From Rickettsia typhi (lineage in GTDB: Bacteria > Pseudomonadota > Alphaproteobacteria > Rickettsiales > UBA1997): a DNA stretch of 64,000 nucleotides. The notes beneath the pieces were generated by a model. It was given only the letters and a program-made list of their open reading frames with translations. It did not search any database and was not told the DNA's origin. The stretch lies in the NCBI GenBank assembly GCA_945862535.1, contig CAMAYG010000001.1, forward strand, positions 18,731-82,730, in the 5' to 3' direction. Positions 9,914 to 18,060 of this stretch are shown here, one piece after another (the first letter of the stretch is position 1; the number at the start of each line of letters is the position of its first letter). The position numbers and the translations under genes are program-made.

Positions 9914-11212
9914 ATGAAAAAATTAATAATAAATGGCGGTAATAAGTTGCAAGGTACCATAAATATTGCTGGTGCTAAAAATGCAACACTACCGCTAATG
10001 GCAATGACAATACTTACCGAAGAGCCAATTTATCTTAGCAACATTCCGCATGTTTCCGATATAGCCAACATGTCGACATTGCTAACTAAAATGGGGATAG
10101 ATATTACTCTAGATGGCTCTAATTCTGTGGTTTCCGATTCTAGCGGTTATCAGGGCAGGGTATTGAAAATACAAGCAAAAAATATCACCGATCCCGTTGC
10201 TTCATATGAAATTGTTTGCAAGATGAGGGCTTCAATATTTATTCTTGGGCCTCTTCTGGCCAGAATTGGTAAGGCAAAAGTTTCTCTTCCTGGTGGTTGT
10301 GCAATTGGCAATAGACCAGTAGATCTGCACCTCAAAGCAATGGAAAGACTTGGTGCAAAAATAGAGATAGTTGGTGGTTATATCGAAGCTAGTGCCGAAA
10401 ACGGTCTTACAGGAGCAGAAATTCATTTCGAAAAAATATCGGTTGGAGCAACCGAAAATGCAATGATGGCCGCAACATTAGCAAGAGGCGAAACTATCAT
10501 TACCAATGCAGCTTGTGAGCCAGAAATAATAGATCTTGCCTCGTGTCTAAATAAAATGGGAGCAAAGATTAGCGGTGCCGGAACTCCGCAAATTAAAATT
10601 ATTGGAGTAGATAAACTAACCGGAGCTTCTCATCGAGTTATTCCAGACAGAATAGAAGCAGGAACATATGCTATTGCCTCCATAATAACCAATGGATCCG
10701 TTACCTTACAAGGAGTTGAGCCGTGGCTTTTTGGTGGGTTTAAGGAAGAGTTAGAGTCTGCTGGTGGCTCTTTTACCAATGTTAACAGTAATTCTATATT
10801 GGTAAAAAGAAGAAGTGATTTTATCAATTCTATCAATATCTCAACCCATCCTTTTCCAGGTTTTCCTACCGATATGCAAGCACAATTTATGGCTTTAATG
10901 TCTGTTTCTCAATCTACTTCTGTAATAGAAGAAAACATTTTCGAAAATCGTTTCATGCATATAGCTGAGCTGTGTCGTATGGGAGCAAATATTGAAGCAC
11001 GAGGTAAGATTGCCGTAATAAAAGGTGTAGAGAATCTGAATGGTGCAGAAGTAATGGCTACAGATCTTAGGGCTTCTGTTGGCTTGGTTTTGGCAGCTTT
11101 GGTTGCTAAAGGTCAAACAATAATTAGCAATCTTCATCATCTAGAAAGGGGCTACGAAAGATTAACAGAAAAATTAATATTTTGTGGCGCAGACATTAAA
11201 ATTATTTACTAA
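9914..11212 (+). CDS. murA: UDP-N-acetylglucosamine 1-carboxyvinyltransferase MurA
   Basis: 432 aa. Motifs I.GAKNA.LP, LPGGCAIG.RPVDLH, FPGFPTDMQAQ and HLERGYE. Confidence 0.95.
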   Translation: MKKLIINGGNKLQGTINIAGAKNATLPLMAMTILTEEPIYLSNIPHVSDIANMSTLLTKMGIDITLDGSNSVVSDSSGYQGRVLKIQAKNITDPVASYEIVCKMRASIFILGPLLARIGKAKVSLPGGCAIGNRPVDLHLKAMERLGAKIEIVGGYIEASAENGLTGAEIHFEKISVGATENAMMAATLARGETIITNAACEPEIIDLASCLNKMGAKISGAGTPQIKIIGVDKLTGASHRVIPDRIEAGTYAIASIITNGSVTLQGVEPWLFGGFKEELESAGGSFTNVNSNSILVKRRSDFINSINISTHPFPGFPTDMQAQFMALMSVSQSTSVIEENIFENRFMHIAELCRMGANIEARGKIAVIKGVENLNGAEVMATDLRASVGLVLAALVAKGQTIISNLHHLERGYERLTEKLIFCGADIKIIY

Positions 11213-11231
11213 TTACTTTTAAATTTAGTTA

Positions 11232-11891
11232 ATGGATATTAATTTAATCAATCAAAATCAAGAAAATAAAGATGCAGAATCTGTATTGAAATTCATTACC
11301 GAATCTTACCTCAGTTCTAGCGAGCAGAAACAATCTCTCGTTGATTTTGTTAATCATTTGGCTTTAAAGAATTTATCGATGAACCTTATAGGAAAATCAA
11401 CGATAGAGCAAATTTGGCATCGTCACATTCTAGACTCCGCTCAAGTTTTTAGTTTATTAAAAGATAAAAATGAACCAGTTGCCGATCTTGGCTCTGGCGC
11501 TGGTTTTCCGGGGTTAGTTCTGTCTATTTTGGGTTTAAAAGAGGTTCATCTTATTGAAAAGTCATCGAAAAAAGCAGATTTTCTTCGTGAGGCAAAAAAA
11601 TTTTCTGCAAATAAGGTGTTAGTTCATAACCGCAAAATAGAAGATTTATCAGATCTTAAATTTAATATTCTAGTTTCTAGGGCCTTGGCTCCATTAGATA
11701 AGTTGCTAATTTTCGCTAGTCAATTAATTAAGAACGATAAAAAATCATTTTGCCTTTTTCTAAAAGGTAAAAATTTTAAGAAAGAAATTATCGATGCTCA
11801 GCAAAGGTTCAAATTCGAATACGAGCTTTTTCCTAGCCTAACCTCACAAGAAAGTTTTATCGTTAAAGTTTTTAACATCACCTGTCGTTAG
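11232..11891 (+). CDS. rsmG: 16S rRNA (guanine527-N7)-methyltransferase RsmG (GidB)
   Basis: 219 aa. Motifs IW.RHILDS and DLGSGAGFPGLVLSI, plus VSRA.APL. Confidence 0.85.
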   Translation: MDINLINQNQENKDAESVLKFITESYLSSSEQKQSLVDFVNHLALKNLSMNLIGKSTIEQIWHRHILDSAQVFSLLKDKNEPVADLGSGAGFPGLVLSILGLKEVHLIEKSSKKADFLREAKKFSANKVLVHNRKIEDLSDLKFNILVSRALAPLDKLLIFASQLIKNDKKSFCLFLKGKNFKKEIIDAQQRFKFEYELFPSLTSQESFIVKVFNITCR

Positions 11892-11898
11892 CTTAAAC

Positions 11899-12447
11899 AT
11901 GACCGAAATTAGTGTAAATCTTGTTAAAACCAACAAAAAATGGCAGTTTTTTGTTAAAAAACAACACCTCAATCGTCGACTATTTATCGCGGATACGATA
12001 GCTAAAATTAATCAAATCATCGATTTTACAGCACTTAAATCTTCGATTTTTCAATCTTACATTTTTGAATTTAATTTTTATCTAATAAACGATAAAGAAA
12101 TGTCAAAAATTAATCTTAATTTTCGCGGTAAAGATTCGCCAACTAATGTTCTTGCTTTTCCTTTCTTAAGCGAGGCAGATATTAGAAAAAAGGGCTTAGT
12201 TAAAACCGTTCAAGAGGTTGGTAAATATGTTTTTCTAGGAGAAATATTCCTTTCTTATGACAAAATTTATCAAGAGGCAGAAGAATCTAATAAAATATTT
12301 AACAATCACTTGATTCACTTAATTACTCACGGCACATTGCATTTATTGGGCTACGATCACATAAAAAAGCAAGATGCAAAAATTATGGAAAATTTAGAAA
12401 TAGAAATATTACGGCACTTTGGCATTAAAAATCCTTATTCAGATTAG
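11899..12447 (+). CDS. ybeY: Endoribonuclease YbeY (rRNA maturation)
   Basis: 182 aa. Has the zinc motif HLITHGTLHLLGYDH, and PTNVLAFPF upstream of it. Confidence 0.85.
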   Translation: MTEISVNLVKTNKKWQFFVKKQHLNRRLFIADTIAKINQIIDFTALKSSIFQSYIFEFNFYLINDKEMSKINLNFRGKDSPTNVLAFPFLSEADIRKKGLVKTVQEVGKYVFLGEIFLSYDKIYQEAEESNKIFNNHLIHLITHGTLHLLGYDHIKKQDAKIMENLEIEILRHFGIKNPYSD

Positions 12448-12603
12448 AGCTTTATTTAATATTTATGTAATAAAACCCTAATAAATATTGACAATAATTT
12501 TAATTAAATAAAAATGTTCTAGGTTTAATTTTAAATTCACATCTCGCTTGATTTATGCCGTTTATTGTATTTAAAACAAATAATAATCAAAAACACTAAA
12601 TTA

Positions 12604-12846
12604 ATGAAAGTTCGCATATATATTACATTAAAAAAGTCGGTATTAGACACTCAAGGTAAGGCAATTGAAAATTCCCTGATTAACAACCTAGGATTCAATA
12701 CAATATCTAATGTCAGGCAAGGAAAATTAATAGAATTTGACATAAACAGCGGTAGCAAAGAAGAAATAAAGCAAGAAGTGGACTCTATGTGCGACAAGCT
12801 TTTGGTAAATAAAATCATAGAAAATTATTCTTTCGAGGTTTTGTAA
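12604..12846 (+). CDS. purS: Phosphoribosylformylglycinamidine synthase subunit PurS
   Basis: 80 aa from ATG 12604 (MKVRIYITLKKSVLDTQGKAIENSL..). The TTG at 12565 in the ORF track adds 13 non-conserved residues. The stop overlaps the purQ start (TAATG). Confidence 0.85.
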   Translation: MKVRIYITLKKSVLDTQGKAIENSLINNLGFNTISNVRQGKLIEFDINSGSKEEIKQEVDSMCDKLLVNKIIENYSFEVL

Positions 12847-13526
12847 TGAAGACTGCCGTTATAACATTTCCCGCATCTAACTGTAATCAAGATGCAATTT
12901 TTGCCCTAAAGAAAATCAATGCTAAAGTTGTTGATATTTGGTATAAAGAATCCTCACTGCCTAACGATCTAGATCTAATATTTATACCGGGAGGATTCTC
13001 ATTTGGTGACTACCTAAGAAGCGGTGCTATGGCCGCAATTTCTCCAATAATGCAAGAAGTTACTCGCTTATCAAAAAGAGGGGTAAAGGTTCTGGGGGTT
13101 TGTAACGGATTTCAAATTCTTACCGAGGCTGGGCTACTACCGGGAGTTCTAATGAAAAACCGTTTTAATAAATTTATTTGCAAAACAGTTAATTTAAAGG
13201 TCGAAAGCAATAACAGTGCCTTTACCAAAAACTACCAAAAAAATCAACTAATTAAAATACCAGTAGCCCATATGGATGGTCAGTATTTTGCCTCACCAGA
13301 AACCGTAAATCACTTAAAAGAGAAAGATTTAATTGCTTTTCGCTATTCTAACGACTATAAAGAAACAACTGACACTTCTAATATTAATGGTTCAATTGAA
13401 AACATTGCTGGCATATTCAATCTAGAAAGAAATATTCTTGGGATGATGCCTCACCCAGAAAGGGCTGTAGATAGTCTAAATGGCTCAATTGATGGTATGC
13501 CAATATTTCAATCGCTAATGCAATAA
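12846..13526 (+). CDS. purQ: Phosphoribosylformylglycinamidine synthase subunit PurQ (glutaminase)
   Basis: 226 aa. Motifs FPGSNC-like FPASNCNQD, PGGFS.GDYLR.GA, the catalytic GVCNGFQIL, and MMPHPER. Confidence 0.92.
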   Translation: MKTAVITFPASNCNQDAIFALKKINAKVVDIWYKESSLPNDLDLIFIPGGFSFGDYLRSGAMAAISPIMQEVTRLSKRGVKVLGVCNGFQILTEAGLLPGVLMKNRFNKFICKTVNLKVESNNSAFTKNYQKNQLIKIPVAHMDGQYFASPETVNHLKEKDLIAFRYSNDYKETTDTSNINGSIENIAGIFNLERNILGMMPHPERAVDSLNGSIDGMPIFQSLMQ

Positions 13527-13529
13527 TTT

Positions 13530-14012
13530 ATGACTATTAAAAAATTTCTAAACAATATCGATGACGACGAATTATCAATCAAACTTAGCCAGTTTAACAA
13601 TCAAGAAGCTATAAATCCTAAATATTCAAAAACCACCAAAGAAGTAGAGGTTATTGTAGAGCCTCAGTTTATCGATCACGGACAAAGAGAGTTTAATAAT
13701 ATGTATTTTTGGGCTTATCATGTTACGATCATTAACAATAGTAAAGAAAAAATAAAACTTACCCATCGCCATTGGCATATTATAGACGGAAACGGCAATT
13801 CTCAAGAAGTAGACGGTCAAGGAGTTATTGGTAAAAAACCAATAATATCGCCTAATGCTCGCTTTTCTTACAGTAGCGGAGTGCATCTTTTTACTAATTC
13901 TGGCATAATGTATGGCAGTTATCTTTTTGAAAAAGCTGGTGGCGGAATATTCGAAGTGGCCATTCCGCATTTTTCGCTTGACGATCCAAGGGAAATAAAA
14001 TTTTTTAACTAG
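13530..14012 (+). CDS. apaG: ApaG (DUF525) protein with ~35-aa N-terminal extension
   Basis: 160 aa. The core ..F.AYHVTI.N......L..RHW.I.D..G...EV.G.GV.G..P...P...F.Y.S is typical of ApaG. Confidence 0.85.
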   Translation: MTIKKFLNNIDDDELSIKLSQFNNQEAINPKYSKTTKEVEVIVEPQFIDHGQREFNNMYFWAYHVTIINNSKEKIKLTHRHWHIIDGNGNSQEVDGQGVIGKKPIISPNARFSYSSGVHLFTNSGIMYGSYLFEKAGGGIFEVAIPHFSLDDPREIKFFN

Positions 14013-14020
14013 ATCTGCCA

Positions 14021-14884
14021 ATGAAAACTTTTCAGGAAATCATCGCTACACTTAAAAATTTTTGGGGAGAATATGGCTGTGCTATAATTGAGCCAATTGA
14101 TACAGAGGTCGGAGCAGGGACTCTTCATCCCGCAACAATATTAAGGGTTTTAGACGGTAAAAACTGGAATGTTGCATATGTTCAGCCTTGCCGTCGTCCT
14201 ACAGATGCCAGATGGGGGAAAAACCCAAATCGCCTGAGTTTCTATCATCAATTCCAAGTTGTTTTGAAGCCTGCTCCACATAATATTCAAGATTTATATC
14301 TTAAAAGTTTAGAGATTATTGGTATCGATGTTAAAAATAATGACATTCGTTTCGTTGAAGATGACTGGGAAAATCCTTCCGTAGGAGCTTCTGGCTTAGG
14401 TTGGGAAGTTTGGTTTAACGGAATGGAGATATCGCAATTTACTTATATGCAACAAGTAGGTGGCATAAAGTGCAAAATTACAGCTGGCGAAATTACTTAC
14501 GGCTTAGAAAGGATAGCAATGCATATCCAAGATGTAGAAAGTGTTTTTGATATCGTTTGGCATCAGCACAAAGAAGAAAAGACAACATTTAAAGACTTAT
14601 TCTTTCAATCTGAGCTAGAAAATTCTAGTTTCATTTTGGAGCATTCTAATATTTCCTACTTGCTAAATAACTTCAATTTAATTGAAAATCAGGTCAGTGA
14701 TTTAATTAATAAAAAATTGGTTATTCCTGCTTTTGAGCTTTCTTTGAAGGCGAGTCACATATTAAATTTACTCGATGCTAGGAACATTATTTCTGCAAAT
14801 GAAAGATTTTCTTATTTAGCAAGAGTCAGGCAAATGGTTAGAAAATGTTGCGAGTTGCAAATTAAAAATGATACAATTTTGTAA
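14021..14884 (+). CDS. glyQ: Glycine--tRNA ligase alpha subunit GlyQ
   Basis: 287 aa. MKTFQEIIATLKNFW...GCAI..P.D.EVGAGT.HPAT, YVQPCRRPTD.R.G.NPNRL, GWEVW.NGMEI.QFTYFQQ-like. Confidence 0.95.
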   Translation: MKTFQEIIATLKNFWGEYGCAIIEPIDTEVGAGTLHPATILRVLDGKNWNVAYVQPCRRPTDARWGKNPNRLSFYHQFQVVLKPAPHNIQDLYLKSLEIIGIDVKNNDIRFVEDDWENPSVGASGLGWEVWFNGMEISQFTYMQQVGGIKCKITAGEITYGLERIAMHIQDVESVFDIVWHQHKEEKTTFKDLFFQSELENSSFILEHSNISYLLNNFNLIENQVSDLINKKLVIPAFELSLKASHILNLLDARNIISANERFSYLARVRQMVRKCCELQIKNDTIL

Positions 14885-14948
14885 TGCAGCTTATTCTAAA
14901 ATTTAATAAATTTATTACCAACTAACAACAAACTAACAACAAGATAAT

Positions 14949-17360
14949 ATGATTGAATTATTCATGCAAAGCCAAATAATTGGCTATTTAGCTTTCTTGC
15001 TTATTTTTGCTGTGCTTTATTTTAGACTACCTGCCAAAATTATCATTGTTATATTTTCGCTATATCTTCTTAGGCTAGATTTTTCGGCATTTTTTTGGTG
15101 TTTCTACCTATTGCTAATTTCGACAATTCTCGTGCCATATCTTAGAAGAAATATCATAACTAAAAACATTGTTAAGATTATTAAAAAATTAAACCTATTA
15201 CCAAGGATATCAGATACAGAAAAAATCGCATTAACCTCTGGCACTGTCTGGGTTGATGGCGAACTTTTCTCTGGAAAACCTAATTTTTCTTGGATTTTCA
15301 ATCAGCCTTATCCAAAACTATCGCAGTCAGAAAAAAGCTTTCTAGAAAATGAAGTAGATGATATTTGCAAAATATGTAACGATTATCAAGTCCAAATCAA
15401 AAAAGATTTACCGCCAGAAGTTTGGCAGATGCTGAAAGATAAAAAATTCTTTGGTATGATCATACCAAAAAGCTTCGGAGGTCTCGGATTTTCTGCATTA
15501 GGGCATAGTTCGGTTATTGAAAAACTCTCTTCCAGGTCCGTCCCTTTGGCAATTACCGCCATGGTGCCAAATTCTTTAGGGCCTGCGGAGTTGCTGTTGC
15601 ATTATGGCACTAAAGAGCAACAAGAATACTATCTCCCACGACTAGCATCTGGCCTAGAAATACCTTGCTTTGCTCTTACGGAAACTATGGCAGGAAGCGA
15701 TGCGACTTCTATTTCTTCTACAGGTGTTATATTTAAAAATGAAGCTGGTGAAATAAAAATTCGTCTAAATTGGAGCAAAAGATACATAACACTAGGCGCT
15801 TTTGCAACTTTAATTGGTGTGGCATTTAAGCTAAAAGATCCAGACTCTATCCTAGGCAATAAAGTCGATATCGGAATAACTTGTGCTTTAATTCCAAGTA
15901 ATACTATTGGTGTAATTCAAGGCAGAAGACACGACCCACTTGCAACCCCTTTTGTTAACTCTCCTGTCGATGGTGTGGATGTAGTTGTTGGAATTGATGC
16001 AATAATTGGCGGAGTTGATGGGGCTGGTAAGGGTTGGAAAATGCTAATGGAGTGCTTAGCCGCCGGAAGAGGAATATCTTTACCTTCAACAAGTAGCGGA
16101 GGTAGTAAATTGGCTACTAGAGTTGTAACTAACTACTCGATTTTACGAAAACAATTCGGTTTATCAATTAGTAAATTCGAAGGAATCGAAGAGGTTTTAG
16201 CAAGAATATCTGCGAAAACCTATATTTTAGAAGCTTTACGGTCTTTTACAGCAGGTTCTGTTGATATTGGTGCAAAGCCAGCAGTAGTTAGTGCTATTGC
16301 TAAATATCATTCTACAGAGCTTTTTAGACAAAATATCAATGATTCGATGGATATATTAGGTGGTAGGGCAATAATAAGGGGAAGTCGCAATTTATTGGCG
16401 AATGCTTATTTTTCAACCCCTATCTCTATTACTGTAGAAGGAGCCAATATTCTTACAAGAAGCCTTATTCACTTTGGGCAGGGTGCGATAATGTGTCATC
16501 CATATGCTTATAAAGAAATGATAGCTTTAGAAAACAACGACCTAAAGTCATTTGATCGCCTGTTTTTTGCCCATATCTATCACCTTGTAACCAATATTGT
16601 TAACCTGCTTGTTCTTTCCTTAACCCGCGGTAAAGTAAAAAAAGTAATATATAATAACCCGATAGGCAAATATCAACAAAAAATTTCTTGGTGCTCTGCT
16701 GTTTTTGCAGTTCTTGCTGACTTTTCTTTAGCAAAATTTGGAGGAAATTTAAAACGAAAAGAAAAACTAAATGGTAGATTCGGCGATGTTCTTTCTGCGA
16801 TGTATTTAGCCGTTGCAGTAATTAAAAAATTTGAAAATGACGGTAAAAATGCCGAAGAATTAGAACTTGTTCGTTATGCTTTAAATCACATCTTTACTAA
16901 AGCCGATATTGCTATCAATTTAATTATTAAAAATTTATTTACTGGTTGGCTAAAATTCCTATCTTATCCATTGTTAATATGCTCAAGAGTTAATGTTTTT
17001 GCGAATGAAAGCAGTGATACAGAAACTTTTAAAATAGTTAAAAACCTTACTAGTGAAAATTCGTCACTTTTAAAAAACATAACTAACGGAGTTTATACAA
17101 ATAACGACCCCGAAGATCCTATAGGTAGGATAGAAAATGCAATCAATATTCATAATATTGCTAGCAAGATACTGGCTAAGATTAATCAAGAATTAAGCGA
17201 TAAAATGCAAAATTCTACTAAATCAGAAAGAGTAAAACAAGCTTTTGAACAAAATATTATCACCGAAGAGGAGCTAGATATTTTGAATAATTATGAAAAG
17301 ATATTAATAGATGTAATGAAGGTTGACGAATATAGTATAGAGGATTACAATAGAATTTAA
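14949..17360 (+). CDS. fadE: Large membrane-anchored acyl-CoA dehydrogenase, E. coli FadE type
   Basis: 803 aa and colinear with E. coli FadE. It has N-terminal TM helices and the motifs PPE.W..LK...FF.MIIPK.(F/Y)GGL.FS, PNSLGP.ELL.HYGT.EQ, EIPCFALT...AGSDA, RYITL, GRGI.LPS and TVEGANILTRS.I.FGQGA..CHPY. Confidence 0.9.
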   Translation: MIELFMQSQIIGYLAFLLIFAVLYFRLPAKIIIVIFSLYLLRLDFSAFFWCFYLLLISTILVPYLRRNIITKNIVKIIKKLNLLPRISDTEKIALTSGTVWVDGELFSGKPNFSWIFNQPYPKLSQSEKSFLENEVDDICKICNDYQVQIKKDLPPEVWQMLKDKKFFGMIIPKSFGGLGFSALGHSSVIEKLSSRSVPLAITAMVPNSLGPAELLLHYGTKEQQEYYLPRLASGLEIPCFALTETMAGSDATSISSTGVIFKNEAGEIKIRLNWSKRYITLGAFATLIGVAFKLKDPDSILGNKVDIGITCALIPSNTIGVIQGRRHDPLATPFVNSPVDGVDVVVGIDAIIGGVDGAGKGWKMLMECLAAGRGISLPSTSSGGSKLATRVVTNYSILRKQFGLSISKFEGIEEVLARISAKTYILEALRSFTAGSVDIGAKPAVVSAIAKYHSTELFRQNINDSMDILGGRAIIRGSRNLLANAYFSTPISITVEGANILTRSLIHFGQGAIMCHPYAYKEMIALENNDLKSFDRLFFAHIYHLVTNIVNLLVLSLTRGKVKKVIYNNPIGKYQQKISWCSAVFAVLADFSLAKFGGNLKRKEKLNGRFGDVLSAMYLAVAVIKKFENDGKNAEELELVRYALNHIFTKADIAINLIIKNLFTGWLKFLSYPLLICSRVNVFANESSDTETFKIVKNLTSENSSLLKNITNGVYTNNDPEDPIGRIENAINIHNIASKILAKINQELSDKMQNSTKSERVKQAFEQNIITEEELDILNNYEKILIDVMKVDEYSIEDYNRI

Positions 17361-17665
17361 TCATTTATAGTTAAAAAACTATTGACAAATAAAATTCCCA
17401 ACTAAAATATTAGTGTAAATAGATTAAGATGATAATCAGATCTTTTACTAATAATACTCTTTTAATACCTTATTATTTTCTAAAAAAGCCTTATTTTCCA
17501 ATATCAATAAATATTGATATTGCATCAAAACTTCCGGTAGATGCTTATAAAAATACAAGGCATTAGATAGTGTTTTGATATTACTTTGATTTTGTTTTAA
17601 GATAATTGAATCGTTGCATAATAAGATACTCGCTAAAGCAACAAGACTATTTAGTAATGACACGA

Positions 17666-17694
17666 TTAATGATTTTTTAGATAAAAATCATTAA
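17666..17694. repeat. Perfect 12-bp inverted repeat (hairpin) in the fadE-rho spacer
   Basis: ttaatgattttt (17666-17677), loop tagat, aaaaatcattaa (17683-17694). Nearly all A/T and no flanking T-run on either strand. Confidence 0.5.
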
Positions 17695-18060
17695 AAAATA
17701 AAGTTGCATAACCGTAAAGCTAAGGCATAAAGTTAAGCTTAAAACTAGCTTATTATCTATTGAAAATAGTATAATAGCTTTATAAAAACCAAAACCCTTT
17801 TATTTTATTACCATTTTCTTAGATGTTTTTATTCTTAACAATCTTAATAATCTGAATATCAACTTTAATAATAATTAAATAGTTTGTAAAAATTAACCTT
17901 ACACTATTCCCAATAAATAACGACACTTTATGCAAAATATTTTCTGGTCGCGCCATGTAAAAGAAAGTATTTTTGAGATAAAAATAAATTTAAATGTGGG
18001 AAATAGAATTATATAATTTTAGTTTTATTTACCTAATTTTTAACCATAAACAAAACAATA

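Noticed and set aside
12565-12603. Upstream-extended starts given in the ORF track for purS (TTG 12565) and nagZ (ATG 33585).
   Set aside because: The extensions add non-conserved residues. For nagZ, the extension overlaps the last 47 nt of ggt. The internal ATGs at 12604 and 33642 give N-termini matching the families (MKVRIY.. for PurS).
13626-14021. Antisense or alternate-frame ORFs of 60-138 aa nested in clearly conserved genes. Examples are 13626-14021 in apaG, 35388-35804 in rpsB, 55120-55524 in dapF, 18437-18826 in rho, 8968-9273 in pepA and 62351-62626 in ispE.
   Set aside because: Each lies entirely within a gene whose product has strong family motifs on the other strand or frame. 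Their translations are low-complexity or Ser/Leu/Phe-rich mirror products typical of shadow ORFs.
17448-17663. A 71-codon GTG-initiated minus-strand ORF in the fadE-rho spacer.
   Set aside because: It has no recognisable domain, TM helix or signal peptide, is short, and has an alternative start codon. It is not reported as a CDS and is mentioned only as a possible remnant in the spacer finding.
17361-18060. The possibility that the long AT-rich spacer is the chromosomal origin (oriC).
   Set aside because: I found no good DnaA boxes (TTATCCACA/TGTGGATAA). The best is tgtgggaaa at about 17995, a 7/9 match. dnaA, dnaN, hemE and parAB are not adjacent, although rsmG (gidB) is in the window at 11232.
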